Shown one piece after another: positions 49,609 through 60,234 of a stretch of 64,000 bases of DNA. The position numbers and the translations under genes were made by a program. How positions within the stretch are numbered: position 1 is the stretch's first letter; every line of letters starts with the position of its first letter. This DNA comes from an uncultured virus (IMG/VR IMGVR_UViG_3300013901_000016) (taxonomy: Duplodnaviria; Heunggongvirae; Uroviricota; Caudoviricetes; Crassvirales). The notes below the pieces were generated by a model, which was given only the letters and a program-made list of their open reading frames with translations, searched no databases and was not told the DNA's origin. Where the stretch lies: IMG/VR virus record IMGVR_UViG_3300013901_000016; one strand, 5' to 3'.

Positions 49609-49644
49609 ACAAAAAACCGAGATGAGGCAATAACCTCACCCCGG
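49609..49644 (-). terminator. Rho-independent terminator
   Basis: CCGGGGTGAGG-TTATTG-CCTCATCTCGG followed by TTTTTTGTTTT on the - strand, just after the 49653 stop. Confidence 0.8.
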
Positions 49645-49652
49645 CATTTAAA

Positions 49653-50777
49653 TTAATACTTTGTACCGTCGTACGCAGTTGAATTGCTAATTGGGTTAGC
49701 AATGTTTTGACGAGCAGCGACAATCTTACTCAACTTAGCCAAAATACCTTCGCCGATTTCAGCTGCAGCAATTTCGGTACCGTTGTTAGAAGCGTAAATC
49801 TCTACTGTCTGTTTTGTTCTACGCCAGAGATCGTCAGCTGTACGATACTGGTTCTCGAACTCGATGGTAATACCACCATAGTGGTTATCAATATTTGTAA
49901 CCATCTTAGGCTGTGGATCAAACCAGCAGCAACGATGAAGTACACCCTGATAATCAAATGCTGAACGCTCGCGATCACGTACAAGCTTTGCAGAAGCTGG
50001 ATAAGTTACACCTTCCTGCTTAACAAACTTAACACCAAGATCATACTTGTTATTAGCTGCCCAACCTGGAGCCTGTGGGTTCATCCAATATGCATTTGCA
50101 TCAAAACGAACCTTAGCATAAAGATTCTCCGTTACAGGCTGTTCGTCATCGTCGTACTTCATAGCCTCAAGCACAAGTTTTGTACCATTAATCTTTGCAT
50201 ATACACGCTGGCGTTTTGAAGCACGTACGATATCCTTAACAAGACCCTGCATGATATTTTGGATACCATCACCAGGCATTGTTACATAGCTATAAGATTC
50301 TGTCCACTTACGATAACGCATAGGCATATCCTTGAAAGTAAGACGAAGAACTACAGGACACCCACCTGCTGCAAGAATATCTAATGTCTCTGCAGGAATT
50401 GTAGAGAAATCAATTGAGATTGTATCCTCTGTATCATCCTTATAATCAAGCTTTGTAATAGACTTAACATCAGCTGCATTGATAATATTTGACCACTTAA
50501 CAACAGGAATATATGTTACATTACCCATCTTATCTGCCTTCTGAAAACTATCACTTGTAATAACACCAATCTTAAATCTATCACAGTTCTCGTCAACCGC
50601 ATAAATGTCTTCAACAGCTGAACCATCCTGAGCGGCTGGATCGCAGTTCATAAATACGAGCTTACCAACCAAATCTTTAAGTTCCTCTTTCTTTTGCTTG
50701 CCTGCAAGCTCTTCCTTTGTAGCGAGCTTATCGCCACCCTTATTTGATACCAATACGGTATTTACATATGTAATCAT
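49653..50777 (-). CDS. Abundant virion protein, probable auxiliary capsid protein (374 aa)
   Basis: Intact ORF with no TAG and its own terminator. Size and position fit the crAss auxiliary capsid gene. Confidence 0.6.
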   Translation of the reverse strand: MITYVNTVLVSNKGGDKLATKEELAGKQKKEELKDLVGKLVFMNCDPAAQDGSAVEDIYAVDENCDRFKIGVITSDSFQKADKMGNVTYIPVVKWSNIINAADVKSITKLDYKDDTEDTISIDFSTIPAETLDILAAGGCPVVLRLTFKDMPMRYRKWTESYSYVTMPGDGIQNIMQGLVKDIVRASKRQRVYAKINGTKLVLEAMKYDDDEQPVTENLYAKVRFDANAYWMNPQAPGWAANNKYDLGVKFVKQEGVTYPASAKLVRDRERSAFDYQGVLHRCCWFDPQPKMVTNIDNHYGGITIEFENQYRTADDLWRRTKQTVEIYASNNGTEIAAAEIGEGILAKLSKIVAARQNIANPISNSTAYDGTKY

Positions 50778-50878
50778 AATATATTAATTTTTTCTACTCA
50801 CCCCACCTAATAATACTGGACCTAACCAGCCGGGCTTTCCACGTTAAAATTATTCTGAGCTACGTAGTAGCGTAGCTT

Positions 50879-51574
50879 TTATTCTTGAGTACTAACTTCC
50901 TGAGTTATAGTTCTATATCTTTCATCTTTCTTATTTTCAAGATACATCTATGCTGCTATTTTAATTATCTCAGGCATTATAATATCCTCGAAATCATTGT
51001 ACTCATCATATGGCTTTTCGAGTGTTATTTCTTTAGGCTTACGAAGATATCCTAATGAATATTTATATATCTTATAATTCTTATCTGTTAATAGTTTGCA
51101 TCCATCATTAACACGAACTCTTAAAGGTCTAGCTCTGTGATATCTATAATGGAAGTCTGTTAAACTATTTGTTACTCTGTACATAAAACTATCCTGTGTG
51201 CACTCAAACATACATGTATTAATCTTATTGTGGTTTTGCAAATCAGATATAATTACATCTTCGTTTAAAGCAAACATGAAATCATCAGGATATTGTACAT
51301 AATATGACGTATAAGATGGCTCTGATTCATCTATCTACATATTATCATTTTGATAACTAATAGTATTGTAGAGCTTAATTAAATCATTCCTACGCTTTTC
51401 GTTTTGTTCATACGATGTTCCATGAACAATATCTCCGTTAAACCTAACTTTTACAAATTTAGCAACAGCCTAATTAAGCCAAAACAATGATTCGTCGGTA
51501 GAAGGCTTTTGCACTGGGTCGTCGAATTTATTAATTTCCCTTTCAAGTCCAACCAATATATCTATATATCTCAT
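50879..51574 (-). CDS. Tail ring/adaptor protein (~231 aa, TAG=Gln)
   Basis: WLN(Q)AVAKFVKVRF..YEQNEKRRNDL and YLRKP segments. Ends in TAA. Confidence 0.72.
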
Positions 51575-52335
51575 TGTTTATCCTCCTATTCTTGTCTTTG
51601 TTGTTGCTATTGTTGCTATTTATTTCCAAGCTGCAACCTGAACTTATACTAAGTTATATACATATCTACTGCACCAGACACTATATCTTCAAAACAACTA
51701 TAAGGAAGCTCGCAGTAACTATGAACTGCTCCAACAGACATGTCTTTATCATTAAACTTCATTACATTAAATGCATATGGTGAACAATAATATGTAAGAT
51801 TTATATTTGATATATGAGTGTACGTATCATGTATAAGCCTAATAGTGCTACTTTGATTAGCCTAATCTAATATAACTAAAGGTTTCTGTAAAATTCCTTT
51901 CTAGTTATATGCTACATCTAAAAATCTAACAGCTATATCTTGTTTAATTGTAACATTATCAAGATATAGTGGAGTTTCTAAAGTTTTATTACTTTTATAA
52001 GTTCTATCCACGACGCTATACGATGTAATGTACATAGAGTAGTCAGCTGGAAGTACAAACTCTAACTGGCAATTATCTATTTCATTTGAAGGCTTGATAT
52101 CCTCATGTCTAATAAGCTTAGATAATATATCGTGGATTTTATTATCTTGCCTAGTACCACTTTGTGTTTGACCTTCTGTTATATACAGAGTCTTGACGTA
52201 CTAGGATTGATATTCACTTAAAAACGAATATATTGTATCCGTGTCTAGTTTTTCCTATAAAGCAAATTGCGGATACATTTCTATTATTCTTCTTTCAAAC
52301 TCTATACCAAGTTTTCTAGTTTGTTCTTGCGTCAT
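51571..52335 (-). CDS. Tail ring/adaptor protein (~254 aa, TAG=Gln)
   Basis: Begins MTQEQTRKLGIEFERR with DTIYSFL. ATGA overlaps on both sides. Confidence 0.7.
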
Positions 52336-53048
52336 GATTCTAGTGGTCTAGTATTTAATTTAGTAGATAATCTACTGGATTCTACAATCTCAGTAGACAT
52401 TATAATCGCTAAGTTAACAAGCTCTTCAGCCATTGTGTCGTTTATTTCTAGTTCTGTATCCCCAAAATCAACAAGACTAGTTCCTTTTATAAATTTCGCT
52501 GGAGCCTTTATATATGTTAAATCTAGTAACATATCGCCTTCATTGCTTTTAACGTCATACGGATCAATTAAAACATGTATAACATTACTATCTATATAAC
52601 ATACAGGGTTTTTAACCCAAGGTAGATTAGTCGATGTAGATTTAAATTTATTAGCACTGTCATGCGATATAAGATCTACGTGTTGTATTATGTGCTTCTA
52701 ATTATCAATTGAACTATTGTTGGCATTTAACGATATAATACTAGACACATAATATAAATAATCCTATAAATTTATATTGTAAATATATTCATTTGTGACA
52801 GTACTGCTATGCTCCCCATGTAATGAGGCTCGTTTAATTAGCGGTCTTAAATCTTCAATTGCTTTAACATCAGATTCAAAAGCTGACCTTCGTTGGTTAT
52901 TTCCTGTTAATTTTTGAGCTATTAAAGCTAAGTATGCTTTATCTAATATTGTAGCAATCTCATATTCAGTTAGCGACGGATATGACGAAGTTATATTTGC
53001 CTTGTCATATTCAATCATAAACTTAGTATAAATATCACTGTGCGTCAT
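52332..53048 (-). CDS. Tail ring/adaptor protein (~238 aa, TAG=Gln)
   Basis: Joins the 52764 and 52332 fragments. YPSLTEYEIATILDKAY..FESDVKAIEDL and YIKAP resemble the neighbouring paralogues. Confidence 0.72.
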
Positions 53049-53063
53049 ACGTCGTTAGTTTTA

Positions 53064-53816
53064 TTATTTATTCTCAACCTGGTTCATGATTGAGATCTTT
53101 AAGTCTTGATTTTTCTTTGCGTCCAAATATGCAATACAGTCTTGTAATGAATCTGCAAGCATCTCTGAACCATAATAATATTGCGTCCTATCCTTGCGGA
53201 TAACACCTTTAGCAATTGCACTCTCAATCAAGAACTCTGTTTCTTTTGTCTTATTATTAACCCATTTATCGAAGAAGTTCTTAGGCTGTTTATCAACCAA
53301 GGAGAATAATGTAGACTCAACAAGTTCATTAGACATTGTATCAGCTGTAACGCCAAATAATCTAAGGCATTTACGCATCTCTTCAAGCGACAACTTACCA
53401 AACGCGATGATAGCGTCTCTACGAAGCTTGTTAATCTTATTCTTCTCAATAGCTTCAGCTTGACGATTGATTAACAAATAATCCTTGCCAGCATTAAGCT
53501 TGTCAAGTGATGTAGCTACTCTTTTATGCCCTTCAAGGAATTTAATAATCATAGCTTGACGAGGAAAAGAATCATCAAGGATAGTGCTTTTTGCTCCTAC
53601 TTTAACACTAAATGTAAGCCAGAATGGTGAATTTTTAGAGAGATGGCCTTCTGGATAGCCAAGCTCCTTTTCAAATTTCTTTTCATCCTCAGGTGTTAAA
53701 CCTGTGTATATCGACCCGGATCTGGTATAATAAGGAGCAATGTAATCAAAACAATGCTTATACTTCAATAATCCAGCCCAGGGATTTTTCTTTCTAATCT
53801 TTAATTCAACTACCAT
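53064..53816 (-). CDS. Conserved structural-module protein downstream of MCP (250 aa)
   Basis: Intact ORF with no TAG, immediately after the major capsid gene. Confidence 0.7.
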   Translation of the reverse strand: MVVELKIRKKNPWAGLLKYKHCFDYIAPYYTRSGSIYTGLTPEDEKKFEKELGYPEGHLSKNSPFWLTFSVKVGAKSTILDDSFPRQAMIIKFLEGHKRVATSLDKLNAGKDYLLINRQAEAIEKNKINKLRRDAIIAFGKLSLEEMRKCLRLFGVTADTMSNELVESTLFSLVDKQPKNFFDKWVNNKTKETEFLIESAIAKGVIRKDRTQYYYGSEMLADSLQDCIAYLDAKKNQDLKISIMNQVENK

Positions 53817-53897
53817 AATTTTTCAATTAGTTGTTGCAATGCCAATCTCCCGCCCACTAAGGACGGGGTTGAACATTGTAAATTTTAATATATAATA

Positions 53898-56300
53898 TTA
53901 GAGTTCGGCTGCTCTGTTCTCAACTGCGATAGACTCCTGGTCTTCAGCGTCACAGTACAAGATACCGCAAGACAATGGGTTTCTCAACATGATACCCTCC
54001 TCGCCGAGGAAGTGTACCTGGTAACCATCGCGGCTATTAGAACGCATAGTATTGATGTTATTTGCATAGCCATTAGGCAATACGGAACCACCAGTACACC
54101 ACTGCACAAACTCACGACCCTTACGACATACCTTAACGATGTTAGCCTGACCATCACGACGGCCAAGGTCAACGAACAAGAATGTGTAAGACATCAATGG
54201 TTTACCTGTCAATGGGTGAAGTTGACGGAACATTTCCATATTATCAAACATAGCACAGCGTTTAACTGTCAACTCAATACCATTGGTCATCTGATATGTA
54301 GTAAACTGACCACCAAGGGTTAAGTTCTGACCAGAACCTGTAATAAAGTGTGTGTCAATCATGTTGAAGCTAGCCGCCTTCTCCTTGAGGATACGGTCGA
54401 ACTCTCTAATACCCATCTCGCCAGTCAAAGCAACAAACTTACGCTCGTTAGTACCGATGATATTGTAGCAGAGATCAAACAAGTAATCCTCGAACAACTC
54501 TGTAGTCAGCTTTGTGTAGTAACGTACGTTGGCTGGAGCAATTTGCTCGAACAAACCTGCAGAGATTGGAACGAAACGACCATTAGTACCCTTCAAATTA
54601 TAAGTACCATCTGCATTACGGTTAGAGTGAGCGAACAGCAACTGCTTCTCCTCTCTCTTCTTCCACTCGCGAAGAGCCTTCCAATACTGATAGTCAGACC
54701 ACAAATAAGACTTCTTACCTGTCTCAGGATCAGTCAAAGCGATAGCCAATACTGTAGAGTAAGCATCACCAGTGATATCGTAAGTAAGACGCATAGTCAT
54801 CAAGCTATTACGCATCTTAAATGGAGTCTGATAGTTGATGATATCTGCCTCATCACTATACTCCTCGTATGCAGAACCGATACGGTCTACCTGACGGCCT
54901 GGGAGCAAATACTCACAAGGAATATAAGAACCCTGGAAGCCTTCTGCTACGTAGCACTCATATACCCATGTGCTACCATCCTGATATGGAGTACCATTTA
55001 CACGTACCTGGAAGTTTACATTGTCAAATGCAAGGATTGCACCAGGTCCGACAAACCCGATAATTCGGTGCCGGTCGCTAATCGACACCCGCCAGCACCC
55101 TTGCGATGCCAGCTGCTTTACATCTCTGTAAAGTTTAGACTATATCTTCATCCATTACTGGATGTTTCGCATTTCGCTTCGCTTGAAGCTACGCCACAAT
55201 CGGCTAGTCGTTGAACCTTCAAGTATTCAGAATCAACTCTAAGACCTTTAAAGAAGCCATTTATAACATAAGCGCCAGTATTTTGATACTTTGCTAAAAT
55301 TGTGTAAACATTTTTAACGGAACATTTAAATTGTTTTGCGACTTGTCTAATTCCAATTATTGTAAAATATTTTCCATTGTAAACATTTGTAAATGTGTAC
55401 GCTTTGCATATTTTGTAAGTTCCATCAGATTTTCTATTTCTGAATTGATGGAGTCTTCCATTATCTAGAGAGTAATGTATGTTTTCATAATTTGTACACC
55501 ACTCTAAATTATCTAGGCAATTATTGCTTCTGTTAAAGTCTTTGTGATTAACCTGTGGAAGATCATCTGGATTATCAATAAATGTTTCTGCTATTAAACG
55601 ATGTACTCTATACTCATATCTTTTACCATCATTAAACAAACATACTCTTTCATATCCATCCATAGACATACGTGGTTTTAAAAATTTATTTCTAAGTAAA
55701 GAATATATTCTTCCATCACTGTATGCCAAATATTTATCTTCCCAACCTTTTATGGGTTTTACTAATACTTGCTTGGCTGCTGATTGTCCATTTTTTATAT
55801 TATTCATATATCTATAATTTTTAATTTAACTCTATGGTTTAAAATTCTTTAGGAGTTTCCAGCAATTAACGAAATTAATTATTCTAACAGTTGCCTGTTA
55901 GCGTGGCTCAGACTAGTGCTAACCACTTCTCTTCCAAGCCAAGATAAATAGGAGTCTGATTAATACCTGGAGTCAAACCATCCGTAATTGACTTAGGAGT
56001 GATCTCCTTGCCATTCCACTTAGCGTAACGGATATTAACAGCGTGGTCAGCATCAATCATTACAGACCACTCATACTCTCTGTTTTCGATAGTCATGGTT
56101 GAGCCAAGACCACCAGTAAGCAAGTCGATGGTAGTTGAAATACCATCATCCTTTGTACCAAAAACCAATGACAACAAGCCTGCTACCTCATGAGGCTTTG
56201 TAAGCATTGCGTTAGCAATCATGTTTTCATCTACCAAATCAGCAAATCGCTTACCACGGTAGAGCTGAAGATTATTTAATAAAGAACTTGTATTATTCAT
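53898..56300 (-). CDS. Major capsid protein (510 aa), join(55922..56300,53898..55051)
   Basis: Splicing restores EEKW-F-GPGAILAFDN in a 1533-nt frame. Contains crAss MCP-like segments (IENREYEW, QLHPLTGKPLMSY, SNSRDGYQVHFLGE) and follows the scaffold-like gene. Confidence 0.9.
55052..55921 (-). mobile_element. Group I intron in the major capsid gene
   Basis: The exon ends TGGT and the intron ends in G. P1 is GTGGT/GCCAC and P10 is GTCTGA/TCGGAC. Core elements AATTGCTGGAAACTCC, AATCAGCAGCC, GTTCAACGACTA and AAGATATAGTCT plus GNRA-capped 3' hairpins are present. Confidence 0.92.
55148..55807 (-). CDS. Intron-encoded HNH homing endonuclease (NUMOD4/HNH_3-like)
   Basis: KPIKGWEDKY..SDGRIYS and VHRLIAETFI..QVNHKDFNRSNNCLDNLEWCT..EN motifs. 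Confidence 0.9.
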   Translation of the reverse strand: MNNIKNGQSAAKQVLVKPIKGWEDKYLAYSDGRIYSLLRNKFLKPRMSMDGYERVCLFNDGKRYEYRVHRLIAETFIDNPDDLPQVNHKDFNRSNNCLDNLEWCTNYENIHYSLDNGRLHQFRNRKSDGTYKICKAYTFTNVYNGKYFTIIGIRQVAKQFKCSVKNVYTILAKYQNTGAYVINGFFKGLRVDSEYLKVQRLADCGVASSEAKCETSSNG

Positions 56301-56318
56301 AATAATTTAATTATCTCA

Positions 56319-57524
56319 TCATAGGTATTTTGACGCGATATCCCATGCTTGAGGTTGTTTTTCATGCCCAACATTATATGATGTATGATTTTTAGTTTGA
56401 TGTTTGAGCATCTATCTAAGTTTACTTGCAGCAGATGTCTGACCATTGCGCTGTGCTTCACCCAGCAAAGCATCACCTTTCATTGTGAAGTAAGCGGACT
56501 CAAGAAGGTTGTTCACAAGGTTACCATTAAAATCTTTTTGATATTGTGTTAAACCATCTGCATCAGTTCTAGTTATGTAATCATATAAGGCTTTTCTATC
56601 CTCCTTTGGAATAGCAATACCTCTGATATTTGTAAGACTATTAATACTTGTTGTAAGGTCATCCATGAACTGAGCAGCCTGTTGTTCTTGAGCTTGTCTT
56701 TGAGCCTCCTGTTGCTGAGCCAAGTACTCTTGCTGTTGCTATTCATACGCCTTAAGGTAATTTACAGCATCAGTTGCTTCATCTTCGAGCATGTCAGCAT
56801 CTTCATAGCGCTCAATCTTGCGACTAATTTGTTCATCACTCATACCTTGCAATTTGTAATAGTCACGAACAACTGCTTTCTAATTAGATTCGTCTTCCAT
56901 GTCAATATTATCAAGAGACATAGATTTCTGTTGAGTTTGATAGAAGTCTTCAAATCTGCCACCATTCTTTACATACTAATCAAGCTTAGCAATTCTATCA
57001 TCAGCATATTGTGGAGTAGAATTCTCGTCTACTACATCTTTAATGTAATCTACAAGATCTTCTACTGATTTAGGTTTCTCATCTTCATCAACAGACCAGC
57101 CATTTGCCTCAGCGAACGCGTCAAAGAAGGCTCCAATTTGTTCTGCCTCTCCAGGATCTACTATCTGGCTATTATCAGAATTATCAACGTTTATATCAAT
57201 ATCATCGTTGTCATCCTATTCGCTGTTACCAACGGTTGTTGTAGACGTATTGTTTAAAATATTATCTGGCACATCCGAATCGTCGTCGTGTGCGTGTGGA
57301 TCGCCAGTTACATTCTTATTGTCTTTGTCTTTATCCTCAGTTGACTCGTCGTCATCTGGATTATCTAAATTGTCAACATCATCATTAGGGTCATCTAATA
57401 CCTGATCAATCACATCCTGATTGTCGATATTTGTTACGCTATCGCCACCTTCCTGGCTACCATATCCCAAAGAGGATAAAGCGTCTTCAAAATCACCTAA
57501 TGGATTTTTCTTTCTTCTTGCCAT
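56319..57524 (-). CDS. Putative capsid scaffolding protein (~401 aa, TAG=Gln)
   Basis: Very acidic N-terminal half and a Gln/Ala coiled coil, directly upstream of MCP. Ends in TGA. Confidence 0.7.
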
Positions 57525-57569
57525 AATTATAATATTATAACTAAGTTAATATTTTTAATTGTTGTACGC

Positions 57570-57592
57570 TACACGGGAATCGAACCCGTGTA
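57570..57592 (-). other. Intergenic hairpin with a tRNA T-loop
   Basis: TACACGGG-TTCGATT-CCCGTGTA on the - strand, 4 nt after a stop codon. Confidence 0.6.
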
Positions 57593-57596
57593 ATGT

Positions 57597-59207
57597 TTAA
57601 TGTTTCCAACTTGCTGCATTATGCGCAAAGTTTGCTTTCTTTCTCATAGCTGCGCTATACTTACTTGGATTCCTTAAAACCTTATTGGCGAAGCCTTGGA
57701 CACTCATACCATGCTATTTAGCCGCTTTTGTAAATGTACCACGCTTAAATTTCTTTATATAAATATCTTTACCAGAATTAAATTTTCTTTTATTTGTTGG
57801 TATTTCGTTTCGCTTTACTATGCCAACATTTTCTCTAAACTGACTCTCTACCGGCGAAGCAGGATTGTATACAACATTCTTATAATGTCCATCAAATAGC
57901 TATTCTCTAGACTGCGCATTACTGAATGCGTCTAACAGATCTTCCGGAAGATCTTTTGAATTTAAAATATCAATGTCATGTACCTATGATGTGTATTTCG
58001 GCCTAAGAACATAATCCATAAACTAATAATCTTTTAGTCTCGGCCTACTACCTTTTGCAGCAGCTTCTAGTAAAGCCTATTCAAATTCACTACCATAATC
58101 TCTAGGTTTTTCTAAAAGAAATCTTCCGGTTTTTCTTGCATTGGCATTTTTCTACATCAATTCAAATGCTTCCCGAAGTTTCTAATTAGTATTCTGATCA
58201 AATACCTAAATATTCTTTGTTGGAACTTTTATGTTTTCTCCAAACGTAAAAGTGTCAGAAGGTCTAGTGGATATAACATTTTTACCAAGTAAACTTTTAC
58301 CAGGAAATCTAAGTATCGGTCTAGTACTCCAATCTCCTCCAGCATTTGGAAGAACAGGATAATCTGTAGTAAAATTACTTATTAATGGGCTTGTATCACC
58401 AGATTCATAAGCAAACCTACTTTTTATTGGAGATACAGTTGTGTACTTCTAACTCATATCAGGTAAAACACTATATCTTCTATATAAGTCTGGAAACTAT
58501 GCATCAAATCCGTATTTTAGTTTACCTCCAATGTATCTAAGATATTGGGCATTAGGATTGTCGCTAAAGTATATTTGTTTTGCGACATTTTTTATTTCTG
58601 GTAAAGCCTTTCCTGCTACTGGAACCATTCCAAGAACACCGTATGGATTCCCCTCTGACAATTCCTTTGCACCTCTTAATGCAAAATACATATCAGCAGC
58701 AGGCTATGTTGTTGGATGCAAAGCAAGTGCAGTCATTCCGCCATCTATCGCATCAGCTGCTTCTCCTTGCCAAGTTTTCTAATACTGAGCATTCTATATA
58801 TCTTTCTTCGTCTAAAGATCAGACATGTATTTACTAAATGCAGCATCACCAAGATATTCTCTAAGATCCCTAAGTTCACGGTTGCGTTCTGCTGCATCTA
58901 CTTTAGAAAGATCACGCTAATTGATATTTACTGATGGTAACCGCCTATTAACACGCTCTCCTGTTTTTAGTATATCTTCTCCTGTGTACGGATCGTGGCC
59001 AACAATATCTCTAAGATAAACCATTCTAGCATCATCTCCAGTATCAAACTTAGGCAGTTTTAACTTCTTTCTAAGCTATTTCTCAGCTATCTGCTGTTCT
59101 GCTTCAACCTATGCTTTTCTTCTACGCTTAATCTTACGAAAGAGCTTATGACGCTGATAGTCATTCTTCTTCTGCATCTTTCGCTTAGGACTTTCCATCT
59201 GTGTCAT
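57597..59207 (-). CDS. Putative internal virion protein (~536 aa, TAG=Gln)
   Basis: Basic N-terminus and C-terminal DIYIKKFKRGTFTKAAK..RKKANFAHNAASWKH. Ends in TAA. Confidence 0.7.
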
Positions 59208-59209
59208 AA

Positions 59210-60232
59210 TTATTTCAGTTTAAGATTGTTACCTCTTCTCCACCAGAACTTCTAGCCATAAGAGTCTTTACCAAAGTTATTCTAGGGGAGCAGATTAAGT
59301 ATATTTGGCAACGTAGAAGTTGTTATAGCATCATACATTTTCTATTTCTAAGCATCTATAGCTTGCTTCTATTGTGCTTTTATTTCCTCTTCGGAAGGGC
59401 CAAGTAAAGTAGTAGGAACATCTGCTCGTATTGTAGTAGGCTATTTAACAGAAGGACTATTTACAACTATTGGACTATAATTTTTAGCATCTTCATAATC
59501 CTATTCAAGATCAGCCATATTTACAGCATAATTATAAGCATTAGGGTTTGCTTTTTTGTGAGCATATGCCGCTTTAACTAAGCTATCCATATTTCTTAGA
59601 TTTCTGGAATAATTTGCTAATGAATCTTGATAATAACCTTTCTACTTAAGAGCTTTAGCGTAATCTTGTGTAGACTTAGCTTTAAGTGCTGAACCGTATC
59701 TATTATGCATTAATCTAACATAATCCTTTACAAAATCTGCATCAGTTTTGTAGCTTGTATATGTTTTACCATTCCATCCAACACCTCCATAATTGTGCTG
59801 TTTCCTAGCAACATTAGACCTACCATAATTAGACTCATAAGCCAACTAGCGCATCACATTATAATAGGCTGTATCTCCATAGCCATATCTTGTCAATTGT
59901 TGTCCTACAATAGGACCAAGCCTACGAACAAAAGAACCGATAGAGTCATTGCTATCATTTTTACCTCCTTTAAATTTAGGTACCTCAAAATCTAGTGGGG
60001 CGTCGTATGGAATAGGCTTTGTTATTTCACTGGCAATGCCTACGTCTTTACCTGCGTCATAAGAATTAAGTATAGACTGAACCTCTGTATCAATCTACTG
60101 CTATTCTTCAGGTGTAGGTTCCTTAACCTAAGAGTCTCCTCCTAGGTTAATCCCACGTATATCTTTCCAGTAATCAGCACCATTCTTCCATGCTTCATAC
60201 TTCTCTTGAAACGCCTTGTTATCGTACTTCAT
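59210..60232 (-). CDS. Virion protein with glucosaminidase (GH73-like) peptidoglycan hydrolase domain (~340 aa, TAG=Gln)
   Basis: (Q)LAYESNYGRS..HNYGGVG..DFVKDYVRLMHNRY..LK(Q)KGYYQD motif set. Confidence 0.72.
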
Positions 60233-60234
60233 AA

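Noticed and set aside
53898..55088. 396-aa ORF as a standalone capsid gene plus a separate 130-aa gene at 55908..56300
   Set aside because: These are two exons of one MCP gene, and the MSISDRHRIIGFV and LALV ends are intron sequence.
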